Source: Candidatus Aenigmatarchaeota archaeon (GTDB lineage: Archaea; Aenigmatarchaeota; Aenigmatarchaeia; QMZP01; QMZT01). Taken from it: a stretch of DNA of 64,000 bases. The notes below the pieces were generated by a model. The model made no database searches. It saw only the letters and a program-made list of their open reading frames with translations, and was not told the origin of the DNA. The position numbers were made by a program, and so were the translations under genes. Below, piece by piece: positions 32,888-42,169 of the stretch (position 1 is its first letter; each line of letters opens with the position of its first letter). Where the stretch lies: contig CAVSBQ010000002.1 of NCBI GenBank assembly GCA_963726265.1, positions 288,001 through 352,000 on the forward strand, in the 5' to 3' direction.

Positions 32888-33301
32888 ATGAAAGTTCTGA
32901 TAATATGCGGGAGCGAGAGCGACCTCGAAGTCGCGAGAAGGGCGGAAGACGTCCTGAAGAGGAACAAGGTTGCGTTCGACATACGCGTGTCGTCCGCGCA
33001 CCGGGACCCGAAAGGCACCGAGAGCATAGTGAGGAGCACGGACGCCGACGTGATAATCGCTGTTGCAGGATTGTCGGCCGCGCTGCCGGGCTTCGTCTCA
33101 TCGCTTACGGACAAGCCGGTCATCGGCGTTCCCGTCGGGGTGAAGCTCGACGGCCTCGATGCGCTGCTTTCGATGATGCAGATGCCATCCGGCGTGCCTG
33201 TGGCGACGGTCGGGATAGACAACGGGAAGAACGCCGCGGAGCTTGCGATACGCATCCTTAAACTCAAGGGGAAGGCCGGGACCGGCAGAAAACAGAAGTG
33301 A
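32888..33301 (+). CDS. purE: N5-CAIR mutase / AIR carboxylase
   Basis: GSESD, SAHR, AGLSAALPG, PVIGVP and QMPSGVPVATV. Confidence 0.96.
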   Translation: MKVLIICGSESDLEVARRAEDVLKRNKVAFDIRVSSAHRDPKGTESIVRSTDADVIIAVAGLSAALPGFVSSLTDKPVIGVPVGVKLDGLDALLSMMQMPSGVPVATVGIDNGKNAAELAIRILKLKGKAGTGRKQK

Positions 33302-33305
33302 TGAA

Positions 33306-34286
33306 ATGGTCGATGAGTCAGCCATCAGGAGACAGATTCCCCACGCCCTTGAAAAGACGGATTTCAAATTAGGCAGGAAATACGAGGGCAAGGTGAGGGA
33401 CAACTACATACTCACTGACAAGAGGATTATAATCACGACGGACAGGATTTCCGCCTTCGACCGCGTGCTCGGCACGATACCGTTCAAGGGCCAGGTCCTG
33501 AACCAGCTTGCAGCTTTCTGGTTTGACAAGACGAAGCACATCGCCAGGAATCACGTCATCGATGTTCCCGACCCGAATGTCGTGGTCGCAAAGGAATGTA
33601 AACCGATTCCTGTAGAGATGGTCGTGCGCGGCTACATCACCGGCGTGACGACGACTTCGGCCTGGTACAACTACCAGCGGGGCGTCAGAGACTTTTGTGG
33701 CGTCCGACTACCGGAGGGATTGCGCAAGGACCAGAAGTTCGAGAAGCCCATAATAACGCCGACGACGAAAGGCGGCGTGGGAGAACACGACAGGCCGATC
33801 TCGGGCGAGGACGCGATACGCGAAGGCCTGGTCTCGCGCGAGCTTTTCAAAAAGATGTCAGATGCCTCGCTCAGGCTTTTCGATTTCGGTTCGCGCTTCG
33901 TCGCGAAGCACGGCCTGATTCTTGTCGACACGAAATATGAGTTCGGCCTGAACGAAGGCGAGCTGGTGCTCATGGACGAGATTCACACTCCCGATTCGTC
34001 GAGGTTCTGGTTCGCCGACACCTACAAGCAGCTTTTCGAAAGCGGGCAGGAGCAGAGGAAGCTCGACAAGGAATACGTGAGGACGTGGCTCGCTGACCAG
34101 GGTTATCTGGGAGAAGGGAAGCCGCCGAAACTGACTTCCGAAGTCGTGACGGAGGCGGCGAAGAGATACATAAAAGTCTATGAAAAGATAACCGGCAGCC
34201 ACTTCGAAGTCGTCGAAGGCAGCGTTGCCGAAAGGATAAGGAAGAACCTGGAGAGCAAAGGTTATCTGAAAGTGAGCGAGGGGTGA
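33306..34286 (+). CDS. purC: SAICAR synthetase
   Basis: YEGKVRD, TDRISAFD, IPFKGQVLN, EMVVRGY, DTKYEFG and DEIHTPDSSRFW. Confidence 0.97.
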   Translation: MVDESAIRRQIPHALEKTDFKLGRKYEGKVRDNYILTDKRIIITTDRISAFDRVLGTIPFKGQVLNQLAAFWFDKTKHIARNHVIDVPDPNVVVAKECKPIPVEMVVRGYITGVTTTSAWYNYQRGVRDFCGVRLPEGLRKDQKFEKPIITPTTKGGVGEHDRPISGEDAIREGLVSRELFKKMSDASLRLFDFGSRFVAKHGLILVDTKYEFGLNEGELVLMDEIHTPDSSRFWFADTYKQLFESGQEQRKLDKEYVRTWLADQGYLGEGKPPKLTSEVVTEAAKRYIKVYEKITGSHFEVVEGSVAERIRKNLESKGYLKVSEG

Positions 34287-35632
34287 TGGTTATGGCGATA
34301 CATCCGATAGAATACCGTTATTGTTCCGAGGAGATGACTGCGGTCTTCGAGGAGGAGGCGAAGCTGCAGAAGTGGCTTGACGTGGAAGCTTCGCTCGCTC
34401 GCGCGCATGCGCAGCTCGGCAACATCCCCAAGAAAGCTGCGGAAGAAATCGCGAAGAAGGCGGACACGCAGTTCGTGACGCTGGACCGCGTCCATGAAAT
34501 CGATGATGAGATACATCACGACCTCATGGCGATGGTGCGCGCTCTTACCGAAGCCGCAGGCGACGCAGGCAAGTTCGTGCATTACGGCGCGACGTCCTAC
34601 GACATAGAAGATACCGCGCTCGCACTGCAGCTGCGCGATGCGATAGAGATAATCGAGGGCAACCTGAAAAAGCTCAAAGACACGCTGGTCACGCTCACCA
34701 GGAAGAACAGGGACGTAGTCTGCATAGGCAGGACGCACGGCCAGCATGCCGTTCCAACGACGTATGGCTTGAAATTTGCCAACTGGCTCTGCGAAATCCA
34801 GCGAGACGTCGACCGGCTAGACCAGGCGAAGAAACGCATTCTCGTCGGCAAGATGACAGGCGCGGTCGGAACGCAGGCGACGTTCGGCGAGAACGCGAGG
34901 CGCCTGCAGTCGCTTATCATGAAGGACCTCGGCCTTTCGTCCGTGATGGTCTCGACGCAGGTCATCCAGCGCGACAGACATGCTGAACTCGTTTTCGTGC
35001 TAGCGCTCATCGGCTCGACGCTCGAGAAGATAGCGAAAGAACTCCGCAACCTCCAGCGCACTGAGATAGGCGAGGTGCTGGAAAGCTTCGGCAGCAAGCA
35101 GGTCGGCAGCTCCACCATGCCTCACAAGCGAAACCCGTGGAAGTCGGAGAACATATGCTCTCTCGCGCGCGTGCTCAAGTCGCACGTCATGGTGGCGCTG
35201 GACAACAACCCCATGGAGCATGAGCGCGACCTCACCAACTCGGCTAATGAGAGAATCATCTTCGCGGAGAGCTTCATGCTGCTCGACTTCATGCTCAGGC
35301 GCATCAGCGACATCCTCATCAGCATGGAGCTGCAGCACGGCAGGATACAGGAGAACCTCGATTTGACGAAGGGGCTGGTCATGAGCGAGAAGATAATGAT
35401 TGCGCTGGTCAAAAAAGGCATAGGCCGCCAGGACGCGCACGAGATTATGCGCAAGGCAGCGATGGAGTCGTATGCGAAAGGCGCATCGCTCAAGGAAATC
35501 CTTCTGAAAAACCCGCAGGTAAAGAAATACTTTAACGCAAAAGAGCTCGAGCGCCTCCTCGACCCGCGCAACTACATAGGCACGGCAAGGGAACAGGTCG
35601 ACGACGTGCTGAAGGCAATTGGTAAAAAATAA
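34283..35632 (+). CDS. purB: Adenylosuccinate lyase
   Basis: HYGATSYD, GRTHGQHA and the signature GSSTMPHKRNP. Likely start 34292. Confidence 0.97.
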   Translation: MMVMAIHPIEYRYCSEEMTAVFEEEAKLQKWLDVEASLARAHAQLGNIPKKAAEEIAKKADTQFVTLDRVHEIDDEIHHDLMAMVRALTEAAGDAGKFVHYGATSYDIEDTALALQLRDAIEIIEGNLKKLKDTLVTLTRKNRDVVCIGRTHGQHAVPTTYGLKFANWLCEIQRDVDRLDQAKKRILVGKMTGAVGTQATFGENARRLQSLIMKDLGLSSVMVSTQVIQRDRHAELVFVLALIGSTLEKIAKELRNLQRTEIGEVLESFGSKQVGSSTMPHKRNPWKSENICSLARVLKSHVMVALDNNPMEHERDLTNSANERIIFAESFMLLDFMLRRISDILISMELQHGRIQENLDLTKGLVMSEKIMIALVKKGIGRQDAHEIMRKAAMESYAKGASLKEILLKNPQVKKYFNAKELERLLDPRNYIGTAREQVDDVLKAIGKK

Positions 35633-35681
35633 TTTTCTCTTTTTCATCCAAACTTAAAAATATCTGCTACATATTATTTAC

Positions 35682-36773
35682 ATGGCTGAAGATTTCATGG
35701 AGATAAACAGCTCCGAAAACCAGAAGGAGAAAAAGGAATTCACCTACGCGAATGCGGGCGTCGACATCGAGAAGGTCAAGCATGCGCATTCGAGCATGGC
35801 AGAGCTTTTCAGGCAGACTTTTTCCAACAGGTTCGACAAGTTCGGCCGCGTGATGAGCGAGATAGGCCATTACGCAGGCATGATAGACATAGGCGGCGGA
35901 AGGCTTCTGGCGATCCACGTCGACGGCGTGGGGACAAAAACGCTGGTTGCCCATGCCATGAGGAAATACGACACCATCGGCATCGATTGCGTCGCGATGA
36001 ACGTGAACGACCTGATATGCATGGGCGCCGAGCCGACGACGCTGGTTGATTACATCGCGCTCGAGAAGACGGACGAGCGCGTGATAAGCGAGATAGCGAA
36101 GGGCCTCGCGAAGGCGGCGAAGGAAGCGGGCATTGCGATTGTCGGCGGCGAGACCGCGATAATGCCTGACGTCGTAAAGGGCTTTGACCTGGCAGCGACT
36201 TCGCTCGGAGTCGTGTATCGCGACAGGGTAGTCACGGGCGAGAATATGGTGCCAGGCGACATCGTCATAGGGCTCGAGAGCTCCGGCATTCATTCGAACG
36301 GGCTCTCGCTGGCAAGGAAGCTCCTTCTCTCAAGGTTCGACATCGGGACTTATGTAAAAGAACTCGACTGCACCGCCGGCGAGGAGCTGCTCAAGCCGAC
36401 GAGGATTTACGTCAAGCCCGTGCTAGAGGTCCTGCAGAACTGCAAGGTCCACGGCCTCGCCCACATAACGGGCGGCGCTTTCTCGAAGCTCGCGCGCATA
36501 GGCAACAAAGCGAACGTGGGCTTCGACATAAAGCTTCCCAAGCCGACGAAGCCAGTCTTCAAAATGCTGCAGAAGTTTGGTACGCTGAGCGACCGCGAAA
36601 TGTTCCGCACGTTCAACATGGGAGTCGGCTTCATAATAGTCGTCCCCGGCGAGGAGCCGGAAGACTACGAGCGCGTCGCGGACGTTCTGAAAAAACATAA
36701 AATGCCCCACGCGGTGATAGGCAAGGTCACGCAGGTGCGCAAGATTCTGGTGAACGGCGTGGACGTGGCCTAG
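35682..36773 (+). CDS. purM: AIR synthetase
   Basis: YANAGVDI, DGVGTK, VAMNVND, GGETA, SSGIHSNG, HITGG and TFNMG. Confidence 0.97.
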   Translation: MAEDFMEINSSENQKEKKEFTYANAGVDIEKVKHAHSSMAELFRQTFSNRFDKFGRVMSEIGHYAGMIDIGGGRLLAIHVDGVGTKTLVAHAMRKYDTIGIDCVAMNVNDLICMGAEPTTLVDYIALEKTDERVISEIAKGLAKAAKEAGIAIVGGETAIMPDVVKGFDLAATSLGVVYRDRVVTGENMVPGDIVIGLESSGIHSNGLSLARKLLLSRFDIGTYVKELDCTAGEELLKPTRIYVKPVLEVLQNCKVHGLAHITGGAFSKLARIGNKANVGFDIKLPKPTKPVFKMLQKFGTLSDREMFRTFNMGVGFIIVVPGEEPEDYERVADVLKKHKMPHAVIGKVTQVRKILVNGVDVA

Positions 36774-36883
36774 GACAACATTCTTAGCGGCTTTGCACTA
36801 AACTCCTTTCTGATTTTAATGATAATATCTTTTGAATTTTAGGGACAATGAAGATATTTAAAACTTTATGAAAGTGTATTCTT

Positions 36884-37303
36884 ATGAACATAATGAAAGG
36901 AATAGCAGGTTATATTGGAATACCCGTACTGGTGGTCGCCGGTGCAGCAACCGGTCTACATTATTACTACACCCATAACGTGCGTAGTTATGATTTTTTT
37001 TCCGGAAAAACATTTTCAAAAGTAGATTTTCCTCTCTCTGATACAAGGATTAGTATAAAAGACAATTCAACGATGATATTCAGAAGCAAATTTTTTGGGG
37101 GAAGTGTTCATTACTCAGATAATGATGGGGATGGAACTGTCGATCAAATATATGAATATGATTCCCATTTGGCTAGAGGCGGTGGAAGTAGGGCTTTTGA
37201 TAGATCTACGGATTTTGATAGACATCCTGAAAAATTCAAAAAAGCCGATATAGACTTCCGAAGACAGATAAGAAGATTCAAACCACTCATGAGCAAGAAA
37301 TAA
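36884..37303 (+). CDS. Membrane-anchored hypothetical protein with a DxDxDG Ca-binding-like loop
   Basis: N-terminal hydrophobic helix and DNDGDGTVD. AT-rich. Confidence 0.65.
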   Translation: MNIMKGIAGYIGIPVLVVAGAATGLHYYYTHNVRSYDFFSGKTFSKVDFPLSDTRISIKDNSTMIFRSKFFGGSVHYSDNDGDGTVDQIYEYDSHLARGGGSRAFDRSTDFDRHPEKFKKADIDFRRQIRRFKPLMSKK

Positions 37304-37575
37304 TATCCCATTCTGAACTTCAATCAGATGAACCGAAAATAAGCGTCACCGAATAAAAGTTCGTTTATTTTTAGGTTCCGAAGTTCCGTTATTGGCTTAT
37401 TTATACGTATTTTCATACTTTTAACAGTTTATTCAACTAAATAAATATATTATTGTAGAAAATACATAAAATATTATTATTTTGGAACAAAATTCCAATT
37501 TAATGCGTTTATTTTGCAATAAATGGTTTTAGCTTAAGTCTTTTCTTTTTTGCTAAAAGTTTTTTCTAAAAAGCT

Positions 37576-39252
37576 TTACTTGTGCGCGAAATAGATAACG
37601 ATTTCCCCGCCGTCATTCGCATCGACCCTGCCGAAACCTATGCGCTCCATCTGGATTACGCTGTCTGGCTTGAGCCTCGCCATCTCAGGCTCGCCGATGC
37701 CGCGCAGCATGCCGTCTTTGGTGACTATTGCGACTTTCACGTGCGGCTCGCTGACCCACTGGAGCTTCTGCATGTCCTTCATGACCTCGTCGCCCATGCA
37801 CTTTGCCTTCCTGACCAGTGAGACGTTGCACAATCCTTTGAGTCGGATGACGCTGCCCTTGAACTTCTCGAAGTCCTGATTGGAGATGAAAATGTTTTTG
37901 GGGTCGAGCGGGACCTTCTTCTTGCCGCGCTCCGGGAAATCCGGGTGCAGCGCTTCGAAGACTTCGCGCTTTTCCGGAAAGCCTTCCGGCTGCAGGTTGA
38001 CCGGGTCGATGACGGCCATGTAGCGGTTCGCGAGCGGGTCAATAATCTTGCGGTTGTGCGCGTCGAGATTGTCCCAGCTCAGTTCGATGTCGTTCTTGCT
38101 AAGCCCGCATTGCATGGCGAGATTCTTTATGGCATCGGGCTGGAAGCCGCGCCTGAGAAGAGCGCGGATTGTGGGAAGCTTCGGGTCATCCCAGCCGGTG
38201 ACTTCGCCTTTCGCCATCATTTCCCTGATGTCCCTTGTGTGGACCGCGCCGCCCTGAAAGCGGATCATGCCGAAGTTGACGACATTGGTGAATTCCCAGC
38301 CGAACATGCCGGCTATCGCTTTCTGCACGGCCGTGTTGTGCTCGTGCTCCTTTCCCCTGAACACGTGCGTTATTTTGAGTTCATGATCGTCGATTGCGCA
38401 GGAAAAATTGTAGAGCGGCCACGCGGAAAATTTCGTCCCTTTTAGCGGATGAGGCGTCCTGTTGACCCTGAAAACGGGCGGGTCGCGGAGCACGGGATTG
38501 GGATCGGCCATGTCCGTCCTGAGCCGCAGCGCAGCCGCGCCGTCCTCCATTTCGCCTGAAAGCATGGTTTTCCACAGCTCCAAATTCTTTGCGGCGGCGT
38601 TCGACCTGCAGGCGCATTCCTCCTTGTCAAGCTTGGCCGCCTTGAATTTCTCCGACGGGCAGATGCACACATACGCCTTCTCCATCTCGATGAGTTTCTT
38701 CGCGTATTTGTAATAGATGTCCAGCCTGTCGGACTGGAGGTAAAGAGCATCCCATTTCGTCCCCATTTTGACGAGATCTTCCTTGAGCCACTCGTAGGCG
38801 TGTGGTTCGAGTTTCTTCGCGTCCGTGTCCTCGATTCTCAGGATGAATTTTCCATTGTATCTCTTCGCGTAATAATGGCTGAGAAAAACGGCGCGCATGA
38901 ACTGGCCTATCGAAAGCGGACCTGTCGGCGACGGGGCGAAGCGCGTGATGACCTTGCCCATCTCCGCGCCTTCAAGTTCGGAAAGGCCTTCCTGCTTTTT
39001 CTCCTGTTTCTCCAGCAACTCGGGCGCGAGCGCTTCGAGCTTCTTCTTCTGCTCTTCCAGACCCATCATGTTAACTTCTTTCACGATTCTATCGATGAGC
39101 TCCCGCGCCTCGTTTATGTTCGACCTCGCCTCGGGCTCATGCGACATGAGCTTGCCGAGCACGGCGGAAGCGTTCGCCTTACCGCCATAGAAGACTGCGT
39201 TCTGCAGGGCATATTTCATGACCGTGTTCTTCAGCTTCGTGCCAGCTTTCAT
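37576..39252 (-). CDS. gltX: Glutamyl-tRNA synthetase, archaeal type (presumably non-discriminating)
   Basis: YALQNA, TRFAPSPTG, LRIEDTD, AYVCIC, WPLYNF, THVFRGKEH, GWDDP and QMERIGF. The HIGH motif reads SIGQ. Confidence 0.95.
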   Translation of the reverse strand: MKAGTKLKNTVMKYALQNAVFYGGKANASAVLGKLMSHEPEARSNINEARELIDRIVKEVNMMGLEEQKKKLEALAPELLEKQEKKQEGLSELEGAEMGKVITRFAPSPTGPLSIGQFMRAVFLSHYYAKRYNGKFILRIEDTDAKKLEPHAYEWLKEDLVKMGTKWDALYLQSDRLDIYYKYAKKLIEMEKAYVCICPSEKFKAAKLDKEECACRSNAAAKNLELWKTMLSGEMEDGAAALRLRTDMADPNPVLRDPPVFRVNRTPHPLKGTKFSAWPLYNFSCAIDDHELKITHVFRGKEHEHNTAVQKAIAGMFGWEFTNVVNFGMIRFQGGAVHTRDIREMMAKGEVTGWDDPKLPTIRALLRRGFQPDAIKNLAMQCGLSKNDIELSWDNLDAHNRKIIDPLANRYMAVIDPVNLQPEGFPEKREVFEALHPDFPERGKKKVPLDPKNIFISNQDFEKFKGSVIRLKGLCNVSLVRKAKCMGDEVMKDMQKLQWVSEPHVKVAIVTKDGMLRGIGEPEMARLKPDSVIQMERIGFGRVDANDGGEIVIYFAHK

Positions 39253-39296
39253 AATCACATATTTAAGAACCGGGAATAAAAAATAATCGTGGTTCA

Positions 39297-39452
39297 ATGA
39301 GGTTCGATGTCAAGTGCAAGGACTGCGCTTTCTTCAAGCTCAGGAGCATCCCGTCAGCAGTCGAATGCGCCAACAACGACGGCTCGATATGGGATCCTGC
39401 GCAAAGGGCGTGCGACAATTTCACGGGCAGGAAGAGGGGTTCTGCAAAATAA
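39297..39452 (+). CDS. 51-aa four-cysteine protein (CxxC-x13-C-x14-C), missed by the ORF track
   Basis: MRFDVKCKDCAFFKLRSIPSAVECANNDGSIWDPAQRACDNFTGRKRGSAK. Codon usage resembles core genes, and it is divergent from gltX. Confidence 0.65.
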   Translation: MRFDVKCKDCAFFKLRSIPSAVECANNDGSIWDPAQRACDNFTGRKRGSAK

Positions 39453-39472
39453 GGCGCTAAAACAACGGGCAG

Positions 39473-40303
39473 CTAATCCTTCGTTTTCTTTATGCCAGCA
39501 TAATAGCTGACAAGCGACGCATACGCGAACAGTGACGTGTATGCGCTGACGGCTGTCCTGAGAAGCATGAACAGGAAGCTGGTCACGGAGAGCGATGATG
39601 GCTGGCCCGCAAAAATGTAATAAACGCTTTCAGGCATTGAGCCGATTATCGTAATGCCGAAGAACATGACTATGAATATCACGAAGTACAGCAGTGTGTT
39701 GGCCTTGTTTTTCAGCACGGCGCCCCAGGACTTCCTTATGGCCTCGAGCGGCTTCGCCTTCTCGAGCGCGCAGAAGACTGGCGAAAGGAAGGTCGTGAAA
39801 GTGACTATTACGCCGGCTATCAGGCCGACTATGACCCAGATGGCGGCTGCGGAGATGATTGCAATCCCTTCAGGCGACGAGAGGAGCGGGATGGATACGA
39901 TGGTGAGCAGGAAGCCGCCCAAGCACGCAAACATTATCAGGCCCAGTATCAGGAAAAGCGCGAGCATGGAGACGAATCTTTTCTTCGACAGCGCGAAGCC
40001 CTCGGAGATCGCCTTCCTCTTGCCCCTGTAAAATTGCGCCGCGTTCTCGAAATAGGCAGGCATCAGGAAAAGCGTCGCCAGCCAGCCGGCTATGGCGAGG
40101 GGAAGGACGTATGCGACAAAGGGTATCATCTGCTCCAGAGCGGGGATGGTTTCAAGGTCCGTCATGTCGCCGATGAAATAGCCGGTAAGGAACCAGCCGC
40201 CTATGGCGAAGACTATGTTGACCGCGAAAAACAGGAGGTAGGCATTCCTTTCAAAAGGGTATCTCAGCGATACGCCGAAGACCTTGCTGAAGTCCAGAAC
40301 CAT
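39473..40303 (-). CDS. Multi-pass membrane protein
   Basis: About 6 transmembrane segments and an ALEKAKPLEAIRKSW loop. Confidence 0.75.
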   Translation of the reverse strand: MVLDFSKVFGVSLRYPFERNAYLLFFAVNIVFAIGGWFLTGYFIGDMTDLETIPALEQMIPFVAYVLPLAIAGWLATLFLMPAYFENAAQFYRGKRKAISEGFALSKKRFVSMLALFLILGLIMFACLGGFLLTIVSIPLLSSPEGIAIISAAAIWVIVGLIAGVIVTFTTFLSPVFCALEKAKPLEAIRKSWGAVLKNKANTLLYFVIFIVMFFGITIIGSMPESVYYIFAGQPSSLSVTSFLFMLLRTAVSAYTSLFAYASLVSYYAGIKKTKD

Positions 40304-40349
40304 GCTCTATATTTATATCGCACTGCTTAAATATTGTTGCAATTAAATT

Positions 40350-40844
40350 TCAGGAGCCGCTGAAAATCTTGTCCACTTTCTTTTCCCACTTGCCGCTGGT
40401 GTCGATTATGGCGTGCTCTTCCTGTATGGGCTCGAACTGCTTTTTTATCTTTATGTATACGCGGCAGTCGGCGTCGCTCACCGAGCGCGTTCTGCTGCGC
40501 CGTTCAAGGCGGCGCATGACCTTGCTCTCGCCGCACACGACCTCGACGACGCGGAATCCGCTGCCCGTCCTCTCCGCGATTTTCCTGATGCCGTCGCGCA
40601 GCTCCTTCCTGTAAAAGGTCCCGTCGACGACAGCATTCCTTCCCTCTTTCAACGCCTTCTCCGCCCTTGAAAAAAGCTCGCCGTAGACCATGGCCTTTTC
40701 CTTATTGTCATAAGCCGGCTTCTTCAGCATCTGCTTGCGCACGACGTCAGTGCTGATGACCAGCGAGCACGTTTGCATGGCTATCCTTTTCGCCACGCTC
40801 GTCTTGCCCGTCCCTGGCAGGCCGCAAACCAGAATAAGCATCAT
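40350..40844 (-). CDS. P-loop kinase (AAA_33-like)
   Basis: CGLPGTGKT, STDVVRK, VVDGTF and SDA. Confidence 0.85.
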   Translation of the reverse strand: MMLILVCGLPGTGKTSVAKRIAMQTCSLVISTDVVRKQMLKKPAYDNKEKAMVYGELFSRAEKALKEGRNAVVDGTFYRKELRDGIRKIAERTGSGFRVVEVVCGESKVMRRLERRSRTRSVSDADCRVYIKIKKQFEPIQEEHAIIDTSGKWEKKVDKIFSGS

Positions 40845-40851
40845 GCAGATT

Positions 40852-42069
40852 TCACTCCGTCGCGTGTTTATCCTTGTCGACGACTTCCGCGGGCTTCGTC
40901 GTGAGCGAGGGCCATATCTTGCGACCCGGATAAATGGAAGTGTTGATGCCCGTGCGGACGCCGTCGCCGATGAACGCGCCGAGCTTGGTGAGGCTCGTTT
41001 GGACTTTCCTGCCCTTCACGAGCGTCGCGTGCTGGCCGCCGTCGTGCCTGTAATCCGCGGTCACCGTGCCGGCCGCGATGTTGACGTTCTCGCCAATCAC
41101 GGAATGGCCGATGTAACAGTTGTGCTTCGCGGTAGTGTTGTCCATTATTATCGAGTTCACGACCTCGCCGCGGAAGCGGACGTTATTACCGATGGACGTG
41201 TCCTGCCTCACGTATGCGTTAGGCCCTATCACGCAGTTCTCGCCGATAAACGCAGGGCCCTCGATGTGCGTGCCCGATTTCAGGACGGTGCCTTTGCCCA
41301 CGAAAACATTACCCTTTATTGTCACGTGCTCCTCTACTGTCCCGCTTATCTTTTTCCTGATTTTCGAGAGCACGGCCCTGTTAGCGGCGAGCAAATCCCA
41401 TGGATAGACAACAGGCACCCATTCATTCGTATAGAAACATCTGAACCTCATGGACTTCGCGAGCTCGTTTATCGCGTCTGTCAGTTCGTATTCACCGCGC
41501 TGCGAAACCTTGAGCGACCTGAGAGCTTCGAAGACCCTGTCGTTCAGAACGTAAAAGCCCGTGTTCGCGAGGTTCGACGTCGCTTCGTCCGGCTTCTCCG
41601 TTATTTTTGTCGTGAAGCCGCCGTCGGTCTCGATTATGCCGAACTCGAGCGGGTTCGGGACCTTCTGGCCGAGCATCGATATCCCGTAGGAAACGCATTC
41701 GGCCATCGCCTCGCGCGGGTAAAGGTTGTCGCCCATCAGAACCATGAACCTCTCGTCCTTGCCGATGAATTTCTCGGCCTGCAACAGGGCGTTGCCCGTT
41801 CCTAACGGCTCGGCCTGCTCCGCGTATCTTATTTTCATGTTGCCGTAGCTTTCACCCAGCTTGCTTATAATCTGGTCCTTGCCGAAGCCCACGACGAGTA
41901 TCGCCTCGCCGGCAACGCCGTCGAGCGAATCGAGGATGTGCTCTATTATCGCCTTGCCGCCGGCCATGAGCAGCGCCTTCGGCCTGTTTACCGTCAGCGG
42001 ATACGTGCGCGTCGAGCGGCCTGCGCAGAGGATTACGGCCTTCATGCCTTTCATGCTAACGTTTTTCAT
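40852..42069 (-). CDS. Archaeal GlmU-like sugar-1-phosphate nucleotidylyltransferase/acetyltransferase
   Basis: ILCAGRSTRTYPLT...PKAL, QAEPLGTG and EKP, then hexapeptide repeats and KLGAFIGD. Start is 42069, 42054 or 42045. Confidence 0.9.
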   Translation of the reverse strand: MKNVSMKGMKAVILCAGRSTRTYPLTVNRPKALLMAGGKAIIEHILDSLDGVAGEAILVVGFGKDQIISKLGESYGNMKIRYAEQAEPLGTGNALLQAEKFIGKDERFMVLMGDNLYPREAMAECVSYGISMLGQKVPNPLEFGIIETDGGFTTKITEKPDEATSNLANTGFYVLNDRVFEALRSLKVSQRGEYELTDAINELAKSMRFRCFYTNEWVPVVYPWDLLAANRAVLSKIRKKISGTVEEHVTIKGNVFVGKGTVLKSGTHIEGPAFIGENCVIGPNAYVRQDTSIGNNVRFRGEVVNSIIMDNTTAKHNCYIGHSVIGENVNIAAGTVTADYRHDGGQHATLVKGRKVQTSLTKLGAFIGDGVRTGINTSIYPGRKIWPSLTTKPAEVVDKDKHATE

Positions 42070-42169
42070 TTCTATTTTTAAAAGGTTGCTGCGGCCGGCA
42101 TGCGGTGCATCCGGCAACCGGTTGACGCAGTTTTTGATATTTAAGAGGGTCCTGATAAATTATTAATTG

